This document shows, in pieces, positions 1-12,610 of a stretch of DNA of 64,000 bases (positions are counted from its first letter, which is position 1; each line of letters begins with the position of its first letter). The stretch is from contig CM069145.1 in assembly GCA_035221665.1 (NCBI GenBank), forward strand, positions 32,054,001 through 32,118,000, read 5' to 3'. A model generated the notes under the pieces. That model searched no databases. It saw nothing but the letters and a program-made list of their open reading frames with translations, and was not told the DNA's origin. The translations under genes were made by a program, and so were the position numbers. This DNA is from Okamejei kenojei. Lineage: Eukaryota.

Positions 1-505
1 TCTAACTCCTTATTTACAAATCCTGCCTCCTCGTTCGAATTCCCTAAAGCAGCGAAACAGCATCTAGGCATCCACATCAATTTCCCTCAGAAGCCCATAT
101 GTTTTCATAAAATCACTTCTCATTCTTTCAATTCCTAATGTATCAGCCCAACTTGCTAAATCTTTCTTCATAAAACAACCTACCCATCTCAGGAATGAAC
201 AAAGTGAACTTAAATAACTAAATTCACTGCAACTATGTTCTTCCATAAATGAGGATAACAATAATTGTATGCAGTACTGCAGTTGTGGTTTCACCCTGTA
301 CAGCTGTGCCAAGATATCCTTACTTTTGTACTCCAACTCTTTTACAATCAATGCCAACATTCCTTTTACCCTCTGAATTATCATTTTACTATAAGCCAAA
401 TTTCTGCTGCATGTATAAGGACAACCAGATCCCTCTGTACTCCAGTCTCTCTCCAATCAAACCATTTTCCATTTTTTCCTACCTACTTTTCAAAGCTTGC
501 CTCTC
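1..505 (-). mobile_element. Degenerate CR1-type LINE ORF2 3' fragment
   Basis: Minus-strand translation KELEYKSKDILAQLY..VKPQLQYCIQ and RMRSDFMKTYGLLREID resembles the CR1 ORF2 C-terminus. Confidence 0.7.
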
Positions 506-1959
506 ATTTTTTCTTCCCACAATTGTGCTGGCGTTGGCTTTAGTTAGAAAATCACTAAAGACATACAATAGGTTTTCAGGACAGACTTATTTTAGTCGCA
601 TGTTCATCTGATCAGAAATAAATACGTTTCCTAATTTTTCCCAACATTGATTACTTTGATAGGATTGCCATGCCTAATTCAAAGTAACAATGTTCCCAAC
701 CTATAGGGTATCTAGCATCAATTCAGAACTGTAACCCCTATTTCACACAAATTATTCACACTGAGCTTTACATAAGGAAACTGTGACTAGATGGTTAATT
801 TACAATTCTGCAGGTTCACAGCATAATTTATTTAATGATTTAGATTATGGAGATATTATCAATTGCTGTATGCCAGACACTGTGATCAATCTTTCCTTAG
901 CTGCAAACAATTAGATCATAAACTTGTTTGGCTATAAAACATGTGTTCAACACATGATCTTACAATCTTTCTAAGGTTTCTAAAGATCAGTAGTCCTGAT
1001 TCTAATCAGCAGTCAGTGCTCTTAAAAAAGGCATTGTCCTGATGAAAAAGTGTTTGGCAAAGTTTTCTAGAATCTAGGAGGGCAAAAAAGGGCCCAAAAG
1101 TGTTCTTTAATGTTTGTTGGATGATTGTATTTACAGATTATGTAATTCTGATTGACATCACTACACCTGGAGTTTACAGAGAGAAACCTAAATATGATTA
1201 CAAATCATTTATTTTATTAAGAAAGAAGTGATACACCCATCTCCATGGAAGCAGTGGCAGTAGGAATGGGCTATTTTTAAGAGACCACCTGTTTTTTCCT
1301 TGCACATTGTATTTCATACAAACTGTTGGCAATACAACTAATTATTAATCCACTCTACTCCTTAAAATGTAATTATTTCCACGTGGCAACTGTGATTCTA
1401 TTTCAACATATTATTACGCATTTGACATTTAATTGCATGAAATATTTTTTTGTGGGTTAACACCCTGCCATTGATACAAATATTCTTGTGAATGTGATAA
1501 TTGTGGTAAGTCAACACATCCAAGATTTGTTATATTAGCAAGCATAATTGCTTTATGTGGTGATGTTACTGATATTTTGAGCTGAATAACAGTTCCAGGA
1601 ACTATGCCAATCATAGGCATTATTCTTTCTAATTCTGCTTTTTTTTTTCAAACGTTGCAATGTTTCTTGCAGGGTAAATCTTAGAATTTTGCACAGATGA
1701 TCCTCTGCAACCTGTTTCTTCCTCACTTGAGTTCCAAGTGGTTTTAGTGCACTTCTAGTGTTCCGTAGCACCCAATTGCAAAGGTGTTGCCTCAGAACAT
1801 TTGTGTGCAGTAACATCGAATGTACTCCTGTTAAAATCTGCTGGAATGAGGATTAATATGATTCAGCCTTGCGTGGAAATCAACTTGTTTGCGGGAGAAC
1901 AGCTATCTCCCTGCTTGCTATTAGCCATTCATGGCAGTTAATTAATTGCTTTTGAAATA

Positions 1960-2077
1960 CAGTGGTATTTTCTTTGGAGTGATCGTTTCCTACAGTGCAA
2001 CAATAATTACATTTCGAAATTACTTCGTTGCTTGTACGGCATTTTTTGGCACACTTTGGAAGAGACTTGAAAGGCAA
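1960..2077 (+). mobile_element. Ancient Deu-SINE (SacSINE1/AmnSINE1-like) 3' relic
   Basis: GTTTCCTACAGTGCAACAATAATTACATTTCGAAATTACTTCGTTG...CTTTGG...TGAAAGGC resembles the family tail as I recall it; a similar relic is at ~14110-14180. Confidence 0.4.
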
Positions 2078-2078
2078 G

Positions 2079-2170
2079 CCTGAAGAAGGGTTGCCTTTCA
2101 AGTCGACACCCATCCCTTCTCCCCAGAGATGCTGCTTGTCCCGCTGAATTACTCCGGCATTTTGTGTCTC
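2079..2170 (+). mobile_element. Penelope-LTR-like repeat with overwritten stem II
   Basis: CTGAAGAAGGG...CACCCATCCCTTCTCCCCAGAGATGCTGC...CCCGCTGAATTACTCC. Confidence 0.7.
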
Positions 2171-3089
2171 CCCATGCTGAAGAACAGGTTACACAATGAT
2201 GTATGATTGAGGTTCGCGCATGTAGCAACTGCACTGCTCCACGTGTTTATACGCAGTGCCTGTTACGGAGGTGGTACGTTTGTGTTTCGCAGTTTAAAAT
2301 AATCAATAACTTCTGAAACATTCAGCAACAATCCCAATATGAACTTTATCGCAACATAGATCAGGCAAAATTAAGCTACTGGCACTCAACTCTCCTAAAA
2401 TGGCTTTAAAAAGTCACCTGTGATAATGAAGGAGAGGCAATAAATTACCGACGACGCATATATACTGTGAAAGGATGGATTAAAAAAAACATGGTGCAAC
2501 TTCAAACTATCATCAGAGAAACCAAGAACCGGTTCAGAGCGTTTTGCTAATTCGTTTCTTTTTAAGGAGAGAATCTTGAAGACATTTGTTATCCCAAAAA
2601 AAACCATTTGGTTCCATGAAACTTTCAGGTGGATTAATTTTATCTCTATGCTAGGATTTTCGCCTGTATCTTTTAAGAGTGTTTGTTTTTGTCCAGGCTG
2701 CCTTCCCGTGAAACAAATCCTGCTAGCAATTATTTTTTGTTTAACTGGAAAGAGCATTTGCGCGGTGTTGACGGTTACACCGGATGAATCTGGTCTTGTC
2801 CTGGTTATTTATATAGAGTTTATTTTATAGACTATTTGTCCGATTTAAATAATGCCTCTAATATTAATAAGCATCTTAAAGAAACATAATCCTGAGACCC
2901 GAGTTGCTGAAATACTGGAAAATACAAGCGACGATCAGCAGATTATCCACTGATTTACAATATTTTGCATTACATTATCGTTGCAGTTTTCTATGCGCGG
3001 AAGGCTTTATTTAATTTCATTTATTAAAATAATGGTTTACAAAAATATACCCTGAAATCTATTAACCAATAGGAAAATATTAATGTCGG

Positions 3090-3245
3090 AAGGAACAGGT
3101 GCTGATTTAAACCGAAGATAGACACAAAAAGCTAAAGTAATCAGCGCGTCAGAGAGCATCTCTGGAGTAAACGTCACCTATTCCTTTTCTCCAGAGATGC
3201 TGTCTGACCCGCTGAGTTATCCCAGCTTTTCCTGCTCATCTTCAG
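3090..3245. mobile_element. Fold-back copy of the Penelope-LTR-like repeat
   Basis: GAAGATAGACACAAAAAGCT...GCATCTCTGGAG, then its complement CTCCAGAGATGC...AGCTTTT...ATCTTC. Confidence 0.7.
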
Positions 3246-3593
3246 GAATTTTGTATTGATTTAAACGGTTGAAATGCCCAATTTTCTGATCTGCCGTTTA
3301 ATTGTGATGGGCAGAAAAACGTGTTTTTTTTTCCATTTGTCACTAATGAATAAATCCGGATGATTAATCCTCCTCAGAACCATGTGCCACCGATTACACT
3401 GTACATTTACATTACATTGTGCAAGAACGCTTTCAAATGTGAGTAATCCCTTTCTAATGAACTAAACCGTGCCCTAAGCGCTATAAAATGTACTTGTAAT
3501 TCTATATAAAAAGAGATGCAGTACATTTAATCGAATAAAAAGAATAACGACTTCATTATACATTGAATGCATAATAGAAAACATTAATGGATT

Positions 3594-3906
3594 GAAAGAT
3601 ACAGCATGACAACGTGGCCTTTGGCCCACAGAGTCCATGCCGACCATTGATCTGATCACATACTTGCTCAAATTAGTTCTATGTTATTCCACTTTCTCAT
3701 CCACTTGCAACACTCGAGGGGCAATTTACAGAGACCAATTAACCTACAATCCCGCACCACTTTGGGATATGAGAGGAAAGCAGAGGAAACCCACGCGGTC
3801 ACAGGGAGAACGTGCAAACTCCACACAGACAGCATTTGAGATCAGGATTGGACTAGGTCTCTTGCGCTGTGAGGCAGCAGCTCTACCAACTGCGCCAATT
3901 TGCCAC
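3594..3906 (-). mobile_element. HE1-like V-SINE
   Basis: tRNA-like head (complement of TGTGAGGCAGCAGCTCTACC), V-domain GGGAGAACGTGCAAACTCCACACAGACAGCA, LINE-derived tail. Confidence 0.8.
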
Positions 3907-5079
3907 CGCCTTTGTTATAAAGTAGAGGAACGCGGATCACTGGTCAAAACCAATATCGATTATTTTATCTTTTGTATATATTTTCAATTTTTCGTGCAAT
4001 GATGAACAAGCTGGTACTGTTTTTTAATGGTGATTTTTTAATAATATTTTTTTAAAGAATGTCACTCAATATTACGCTAGTTATTATATACACAGCGCGA
4101 ATTATAAATTGATTTATGTTGTACTTAGATATGACCCGTCATTGTTAATAATATTATTTGATATTGAGATGCCTCATCTCCAATCAACCAATGAAAGGAT
4201 CAACCCTAAAGCAATTTCGGAGACGTTACCTCAAATGCACCTTTGTGACTTTGCAATATATTGCGTGCGTGGCCGCATTAGGTATATTAAAAAAAAATAT
4301 TTCGCACTTCAGCAATGGAAGCCTCCAAAGGGACCGATAATCCATGCCGGGGGGGAGGAGGGGAGGGGAGGGGAGGGGAGGGGGGGGGGGGGTTGGGGGG
4401 ATAATCCCTGTGAAATATCGCCACCTTATTGACAAAAATGTAAAACAGACAACAGGTATTCGCAGCTCCGAATTAAAAAAAAGTCTTACTGCAAGGTACA
4501 CCTTTCTTTTTCAACGATCCTTATACCTTTACAGTCGGATATGAAATTCTTTCACTCGCTTAGTTTAGCAAAGTAAAGTTTATAGCTACATTTAACCAAC
4601 TCTTCAACCTCGCCTTGTAGCTGCCTCTTCTCATTAAACGAACAAACGCGTGATGTGCACTGATCTTAAACCAAAGTACGCGCTTGTTTTTAAAAACAGA
4701 ACACATGGAAACCATGGTGAAAGTTATTCGTTTCTTTGAGATCGTCACTGGGGACTGTAATATTCATGCTGAACATATTCCCCGATCGTTGGTCTCATAA
4801 ATCCGTCGGCGATGCAGGAAGAATGAACGGAGTTCAAACCTTCCCGTGGAAGCCCCGAATGGCCTTGTTATCGGTCGAGCATTCTCCATTGACTCGAGGG
4901 TACTAATATTCAAACCTAAACAACGCGGAGAAAGGGAGAAAAGTTTAAATTAGAAAATATATCCTTTGCCCAAAAATAATCCCTAGACCTCTTGACGGGA
5001 GAACGATAAAAGCAATGTTTATTGCAATTTGCATTCTTGCAAATGCTAGATTTTCTGGACAATTTAGGTTTAGATGCAG

Positions 5080-5396
5080 GTAGACACAAAATACTGGAGT
5101 AACTCAGCGGCTCAAGCAGCATCTCCGGAGAAAAGGAATAGGCGATATTGTGGGTCGGAACCCTTCTTCAGACTATTAAGGGAAAGCGGCGCAGGGGTAA
5201 AATATGAAATGTGACATTGAATGGAAGAACAAACGTAACCAGGAAAGTGGTCTTCCCCACTTATTTCGTGATTTTTTGCGAATAAGTTATTCTAAACTGC
5301 ATTATATTTTGTCAAGTCTGAAGAAGGGTCTCGACCATTCATTCTCTCCAGGGCTGCTGCCTGTCCCGCTGTTACTCCAGCTTTTTGTGTCTATCT
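5080..5396. mobile_element. Inverted pair of Penelope-LTR-like repeats with spacer
   Basis: Minus copy ~5080-5250 and plus copy ~5315-5396. Confidence 0.7.
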
Positions 5397-7299
5397 TATA
5401 TTTTGGTAAATTGCACTGCATTCGCAGGACGAAACATTTCTCACTATCACCCACGAGGCGCCTGTTGCGCCTCCATTCTAAATGCCCCGGCTCCAATCCG
5501 TTCCATGTTGCTTTTCACCTCTTTTGGGAACATCTACCCAAACTCCCAGCACTTGGACGGCGTTCGGTTGAAAGACATTTCGTTAACTGACCAGTCCAAC
5601 TATTGTATTGTATATCTTTATTATCATTTTTCTGAGTATTTGCATACCCAGAGGAAAACGAAAAAGCGTTTCTCAACTAGAAATACATTTGCAATACGCC
5701 AAGGCTGAGCAAACTTTCGGACCTTCATGTCATGTGAAATAAAGAAATAATTCCGCAAACTGATGACACGGGGTGACCAGGAAATTGTTTCAACACCCTA
5801 TGTATTAAATATACTTCACCAGAATTTTGCTCCGATAATCTGACGCACGCACTTCTATGTTTTGTTAGACGAAATCTTTGGTTTTAAACTGACGCCGCGG
5901 CTTCCCAACCTTTGGTTTACTTTTGCTGAAATGGAGTCAAAATGAAAAGCGAACTCGTTACCTACAGGGCCACGAGGAAAGAGTTTGCGGAAATCTATAG
6001 GTCAGTCGCAAAAGTCCCGGGAAAGGAATCAGCTGGGTTACAGAAGAATGTAAAGCGGACTGCTGCGGTGAATCTGCCAGCGCTACACGTGCAGTGTATC
6101 TGCTGCAGGCGCGGCTGAAGCTCCGGTGAGATGTTGCAAACTCCGAGCCAGTGCCGCTTCCAGGTTTTTCAGAACAGCCTCTCTAGAGAGTTTTTACCTT
6201 CGGACTTCCATCATTACCGGACGCATTCCGGCCAGAAGCGGCGTAACTCGGGAGGCCGAGCAGAGGAGGGCCAGTCGCTGAAACCTCTGGTCCCCAGAAG
6301 GCCGGTGATCCAAGATCGAAACCCAAGCGAAAAAAATAAAGCCGCAAAACTGTTCATCGCTGTCAGGCGTTTGTGTTTTCATATTTTGGTTCACTATGTT
6401 TTCGTTACTGATTCAGATCGGACCCTTCCAATAGTTGAAATGAAGATAAACTGCCATGAAGATTGGAGCATGCGATTAACTAAGATCCGGGTGTATGGAA
6501 AGTGCCGTTTCCTGAGTGTAATTTGCTTTGCGTTTATTTTTTACCTTTCTCCTCTATTATCTTGCTGATTTTATTCGAGACATTAAGTTGCGGTGTGCCA
6601 CGATGACCCATTTTTACTTGTTAAGGCACTTTATTCTTCCAAGTTCGAGTGATTTATTAAAATGATGCAAATCGTTCCGCCAATTATTTAGAGCTAGCTT
6701 TAAGATTTTTCTTTGCAGTGAAGATCAGAGGTAATTAGCAGTAGCTAAGTCCTTTGTGGCTGACCCGCACCAATAGGAAAGGGAAGCGTTATCTGCACAA
6801 TAGAAATCACGGCTAATTCAAATCTGGAGTTCTGCCTTATTTTTTAAAGGAATTGGCCCGCAATTATTTATCGTTGCATGCTGTAGTTTAATGAAGACAC
6901 TGATGAACCGCCTGTCAACGTGGTATGCTGTATATTTTCTTGCAAAAAGCTTATTATTCTTCCTGCAACGACATGATTTTATTTTGCTATCATGGCACAG
7001 CGACCTGAGGTGTTCGCGCTATTATTTAATCATTTCCTCTGATACAATCGTTTTTCGTGTTCACATTGAACATTACAATCGGTCCGTTGTCTTTGAGCAA
7101 AGGAATGCCGTAATCGAGTCATTAGACGTGTCGAAGAGTGCAAGGCACTTTCACGCATACACGGACGAACTTTATTATGAACATTGAATTTTCTCAATTT
7201 TGTTAACCCTTGCTGTCTCCTCCCCTTCCCACCTCTCCCTCAGCCCTCGGGCCCTGGCATTCCCTCTATCTCTATCTCCCTCCCCCACCCCAGTCGCAC

Positions 7300-7530
7300 C
7301 ACCTTCTCATTTTCACACCACAAACAGCTTACAATGGCTTGTTCCCTTTATCATCGATACTTTTTTGCATATCTTTCATTCATTGTTCTTTATCTCTCCA
7401 CATCACCGTCTATATCTCTCGTTTCCCTGATCCCTGACCAGTCTGAAGAAGGGTCTCGACCCGAAACGTCGCCTATCTCCTTCGCTCCTTAGATGCTGCT
7501 GCACCCGCTGAGTTTCTCCAGCTTTTTGTG

Positions 7531-7533
<3 letters not shown>
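7300..7533 (+). mobile_element. Penelope-LTR-like repeat with hammerhead-like core (long copy)
   Basis: CTGAAGA A GGGTC TC GACCC GAAA CG TC at 7443-7470; upstream ~140 bp shared with 14878-15010; downstream AGATGCTGC...CCCGCTGAGTT..TCCAGC. Confidence 0.75.
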
Positions 7534-7567
<34 letters not shown>

Positions 7568-7899
7568 TGCACATATCCATTCACACTTACGGCCGACACA
7601 CCCTCGCACATTCACACGTAGAGTTACACTCACTGACGGGGGGGGGGGGGGGGGGGGGGGGGGGGGTGGAGGAGACGACGAGGACTAAGATCGCAAATTC
7701 CGTGTGCATGCGAATCAGAACTTGTGTGGTCTGAAAATAAAATTTGCATCCTCTTCAAATTTCGTTAACACTTGGTGGAAATTTACATTATATTTGCGCT
7801 CTGAATAAAGTGGAAGTGCCAACTACTGAACTACTTTGGAACTGTGACGCAGATGATTTAAGCCTCTGTTAGTGCTGCTGATCTACTATGTCCAGCATT

Positions 7900-8150
7900 T
7901 GGAACATAGGACATAGAACAGAACAACGCAGGAACAGGTCCATCGGTCAACAATGTCTATGAGGAACCTGATGCCAATTAAACTAATCTCACCTGCCTGC
8001 GCCTGATCCAAATCCCTCCATTCCCTCCATATCGATGTACCTATCTAATAGCCTCTACCATCGTAGCAGCCTCCACCACCAGCCCTGACAGCGCAATCCA
8101 GGGACACACCACCCTCTTGTGTAAAAGAAAACAGCCCCACATACCGTCTT
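7900..8150 (-). mobile_element. CR1 LINE 3' end
   Basis: (CATAGAA)n tail then CAGGAACAGGTCCATCGG...CACCACCCTCTTGTGTAAAA. Confidence 0.65.
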
Positions 8151-8165
8151 TAAAAAAACATTTCT

Positions 8166-8459
8166 GCACAGCGGTAGAGCAGCTGCCTCACAGCGCCAGA
8201 GACCCGGAATCAATCTTAATTAGGGGTGCTGTCTGTGCGAAGTATGTATGTTCTCCCTGTGACCGCGTAGGGTTTCTCCGGGTTTTCTAGTTTCCTCTCA
8301 CATTCGATAAACGTGCAGGTTTGTTCGTTAATTTGCTGCTATAAATTGTCCCTAGTGTGCGGGCTAGAGCTAGTGTGTGGGTTGTCATTGGTCGGTGCGG
8401 ACTCGGTGAGCCGAATGGACAGTTTCCACGATGCATCTATCTGTACGCTAAACTAAACA
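8166..8459 (+). mobile_element. HE1-like V-SINE
   Basis: GCACAGCGGTAGAGCAGCTGCCTCACAGCGCCAGAGACCCGG head, V-domain, (CTAAA)n tail. Confidence 0.85.
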
Positions 8460-8612
8460 GAAATAGCGAAAGTGTTGAATGTCATTGGAAACGTCGCATT
8501 GGAATGGAGTAAATCAGATTGACTGTGTTTAATTATTAAAAAATAAGAACCCGCAGTTGTATCGACAAGAAGATTAATGTAAAAGCTCTTAAAGACTCCA
8601 CAAAATTGATAG

Positions 8613-8781
8613 GTTTCCTCCCACATTCCAAAAACTTACAGGTTTGTAGGTTAAGTGGCCTCTGTACATTGCCACTAGTGTGTATGATGCAAAAATGGGA
8701 TAGCATAGAAATAGGATAGTCGATGGTCGGCATGGACTCGGTGGGCTGAAGGGTCTGTTTCCAGGCTGTATCACTAAACTA
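8613..8781 (+). mobile_element. HE1-like V-SINE, 5' truncated
   Basis: GTTTCCTCCCACATTCCAAA...GGACTCGGTGGGCTGAAGGG...CTAAACTAA. Confidence 0.75.
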
Positions 8782-8915
8782 ATGTAAATGTCCTCATTGA
8801 TAGCTCATATACTCGCTTTTACACATGCAGACCATGTCACAGCAGGTCTACACTCCCAACCACCCTACCAATAAATATATACTCACACCTGGATATGTTC
8901 ATTATTGCACACATG

Positions 8916-9095
8916 TAGACACAAAATGGTGGAGTAACCCAGGTTGTCAGGCAGCATCTCTGGAGAAAAAGGATGGTGATATTTCGGGTCGGGACCCTTC
9001 CCGAAACGTCACTCTTCCAGAGTTGCTGCCTGACCCGCTGAGCTACTCCACCATTTTGTATCTATTTTTGGCATAAACCAATAACTGCAGTTCAT
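8916..9095. mobile_element. Fold-back copy of the Penelope-LTR-like repeat
   Basis: GTAGACACAAAATGGTGGAGTA...TTTCGGGTCGGGACCCTTCCCGAAACGTCAC...TACTCCACCATTTTGTATCTA. Confidence 0.75.
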
Positions 9096-10233
9096 TGTAT
9101 TGGATTTATATTTGCACAACCATATTCACTCCCAGAGAACACACATTCATATGTGTTTCTTTGTACAAACACTCTGGCATCCGCTTCGCTGAACAAGTGC
9201 GGGTGGGATGAGGAGAGAGATGGAAACATTGTTTGTGGGACATAAATGGAAAGAACAATAAAGGAAATTTAAATCCAACCGACAAGCGACTGGCTAAAAG
9301 GGGTTGCTAATCGATGGGATTTCGCTAGTATTCGGTTGCTGCACTATTCTCCCAGAGAGTCAAAATGCCTCATTTTACGCTTTGATGTTCCAAAATTAAA
9401 ACTAGCTTTGCATTTCATTCCCATCAAAGTGACAGGTTAGCCACTGAATACCTTCCAAGTGCTGCCCATTGCACGTGCGAGGGAGGAAAATGAAGGCGAT
9501 GGAATGAGATTAGCTAAACACGAGGTTACAGTAAAAGCCTATCTGAAGACATTTGCGTAATAACCTTCTACAGTATTTATCTCTCATCAAAATGTACGAA
9601 CATGCCCCCCTAGATATATTGAAGCACGGTTTCCCGATGTTGAGCGTTCATAATATCTGTCCTATTGGCCAACATTTTCTAAACAATTTTTGATATGAAC
9701 GTTCAGGGCAATCCCGTTTGAAATAAATGATGAAGTTATTGTGGATAGAATGCTAAATTAAGCCCAGAAAGACATAGGCAATACAATTAACAGGAAGTGT
9801 GGCCATGGGGTAAAAGAAACACTGTTTCTGGCGTGGTGCCTTCCCAAGTACAGACAATGAGGTTTTGGCACATATGTTAATAATTACTGTACATGTAAAA
9901 GACTGAGGGGGTTATGCATGTGACACGCTACAGAATGTGCATAGTATGCAAAGAACAGTATGCAAAGAAGTTCAAACAAAAAATAGTTTGCACATATGGC
10001 GACTGAGAAAAATCCAATCCGGGTTTCATGAAGTTGAAACTACCTTATCTTGCACTAACATTCGTTTTCCCTTCCTAGCACTAGCATCTCTTGCATTTTT
10101 CAACCAGGCTGGTCTTTCTTATGACTCTGCCGGGCAATTGCAATTTACAGCTGTATGCTACTAAAGGTGGCTGACCTGTAAGATAACATTTATTGTAACC
10201 GGAGTTGTTTGTGCGGTCTCTACTTAGTTTTAG

Positions 10234-10338
10234 ATCCCTGACCAGTCTGAAGAAGGGTCTCGACCCGAAACGTCGCCTATCTCCTTCGCTCCTTAGATGC
10301 TGCTGCACCCGCTGAGTTTATCCAGCCTTTTGTGTACC
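10234..10338 (+). mobile_element. Penelope-LTR-like hammerhead repeat, solo copy with 11-bp TSD
   Basis: Near-identical to 7430-7533; flanked by CTTAGTTTTAG at 10223-10233 and 10339-10349; core at 10247-10274. Confidence 0.8.
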
Positions 10339-10432
10339 CTTAGTTTTAGTTCAGTTTAGTTTTAAGATACAGCGTGGAAACAAGCCCTTCGGCCCACCGA
10401 GTCCACGCCGATCATTGATCACCCGTACACAA
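10339..10432 (-). mobile_element. V-SINE 3' fragment with (TTTAG)n tail
   Basis: TTTAG repeats then GATACAGCGTGGAAACAAGCCCTTCGGCCCACCGAGTCC. Confidence 0.7.
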
Positions 10433-12431
10433 TTACTTCAAGAATTATTAATGAAGTATCGGGCTTTAGTTAACATGTGTTGTTAAATGTGCCCGCCATT
10501 CCTCGCCCTCTACCCGCCATTAATTGCACCGTGGGACGTTGGCCAGTTGAGTGGCACGCTGCACAACAGACTGGCAAGCACATCTCCAAGTAAAATGCAA
10601 ATGACAGTCAACGTGGCCAATTTAAATTTAAATCTCCAAGCAATTTATTAAAATGCAAACACCGGCAATACACCAAGGATACTGCATACATACCGAACAC
10701 CTCAACTGCAGGTCAAAGGGCCCCGGCAGATTAGGAGTAGGGACACCAATCACGAAGTGCGTCGAGTAGGAGCCATAAATGATAGTGGGCCAGAAAAATA
10801 AAGTAGGTTCTTCTCTGAGGCTAGTACTTTTTTGGGGAGGCGGGGGGCGGTGGTGGTGAGAGTTGTTCCATTGCAAAGAATGTTCACATATTTCTGCAGA
10901 GTGCAGACATTTAGGGAATGATTGGACTGCGGCGAACCACATTTGCATTCCACAATGGCAAAACGTTTCTATGGTTATTGTTCCATTTAATAACATCGCG
11001 TGGAATGCAAGATAGATGTTAGTCATGGAAAGCAAGTCTAGGTGAACGGCGGGCATTAGCTGCGAATTGAGCAGTTCGTTATTTTACCGGACAACATTCC
11101 TTTTCTGACTTGAGATGTTTATTTAGTGCCGCCTGAAAAAATCTGCTTCCAGCTGCACAATTCGCAGAATTCCTCTTGCTGGAAGGTTAACTCGTCGAAT
11201 GTGATAAATGCATACTTGAAACTATAGTTTAAATCGCCATAGACATCGGCTCGCGCGAACGCTTTCCCTTGAAACTATTCACTCCTCATTTCATAATTAC
11301 GAATAATTTGCAGATTCTTACAGGTGCAGAGAGTGGAGGCGGCGTGACTGAACTGTGACATTGACCAAGGGTTACAATTAAATTGACCGGGTGTGAGCAG
11401 ATCAGTTTCACAGAGCCTAATATGTCACTCATACATCCAAAGTCCGCGACTGCGTTGGTTTTAGCGGGAGACCTTAACACTTTTTTTCTTGCCTGCTCAG
11501 TTTACAACCTCTCCTTCAAAAATACCGAATTATTTCTAAACCACGTAGTAAGCAAAGTTGCGCTCGTATTTATCTGCAGCTTGTTGTCCACTGTTGATAT
11601 TGAACAATAAATAATAAATGTAATCAGACGCTGCATAACCTATCTGAACTTTTTAAAATCATTGATGTAAACGTATTCATCTCGCCAGTGGCGCTGAGAT
11701 CGATTGATATTTGTTTCGATAATATACTGTATGTATTTCAATGTTAATCTGAAGGTATAAACAGTATTAGTGTTTAAATAGTTTGAAATACATGTAGCGC
11801 ATGCAACATTTTACAAAATATTTAAATTAAGGATAATGCAAGCCGCAACTTTTCAGTTTATTGTTCATGGCACACACAACTTTAAAAAAACAGGGCGGAA
11901 GCTGGGCCTATTAATTAACCATTTGTGACTACATCTAAAACCAAGTCTGAAAACGTTTGTGACTGATTAAAATTGCTTGATTAAATATGCCTTCAGTACC
12001 ACCCAGAGGGGTTCCGGCACTCGGTGTGCGTCACAACGTGGATACAGTCTTCCTCTCCCTGATAGACGGGGAAGGGTTACAGTAGCTGTCACACAAAGAT
12101 ATACAATCACGGTGACACCAAATGCACACGTACTTCTTATTTGCAAGAAAGTTGTTATATAAACGAATATACACAAATGTCATGTACCTTTACATTTAAT
12201 TACACGTCAATAACCCGGCAGACGAAAAGTGTTGTCACATGATGAGAATCATATAAGCGTGTTCCATCTTTCAATGATCACACACGCCCGAAACCCAACT
12301 GGCGCATTCTGTAAAAAATAAAGTATTACAGAGTTAACATATTTTTCCTTGTTTCATTTTGTCGGACATTTATAGCGTTACATATATTTCGCCTATGACA
12401 TGTTCTATGAAAAAAAATGTCATTTTGTAAA

Positions 12432-12610
12432 GTAGACAAAAGTGCTGGGGAAACTCAACAGGCACGGCAGCATCTATGGAGAGAAGGAAATATGCAACGT
12501 TTCGGCCCGAAACATTGCGTATTTCCTTCGCTCCATAGATGCTGCCGCACCCGCTGAGTTTCTCCAGCACTTTTGTCTACCTTCGATTTTCCAGCACCTG
12601 CAGTTCCTTT
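12432..12610. mobile_element. Fold-back copy (variant subfamily), 74-bp arms
   Basis: Arms 12432-12505 and 12507-12580 centred on TTTCGG-C-CCGAAA; extra 3' LTR sequence CCAGCACCTGCAGTTCC. Confidence 0.8.

Noticed and set aside
8166-8240. tRNA genes
   Set aside because: These are degenerate tRNA-derived SINE heads continuing into V-domain bodies, with no complete cloverleaf.
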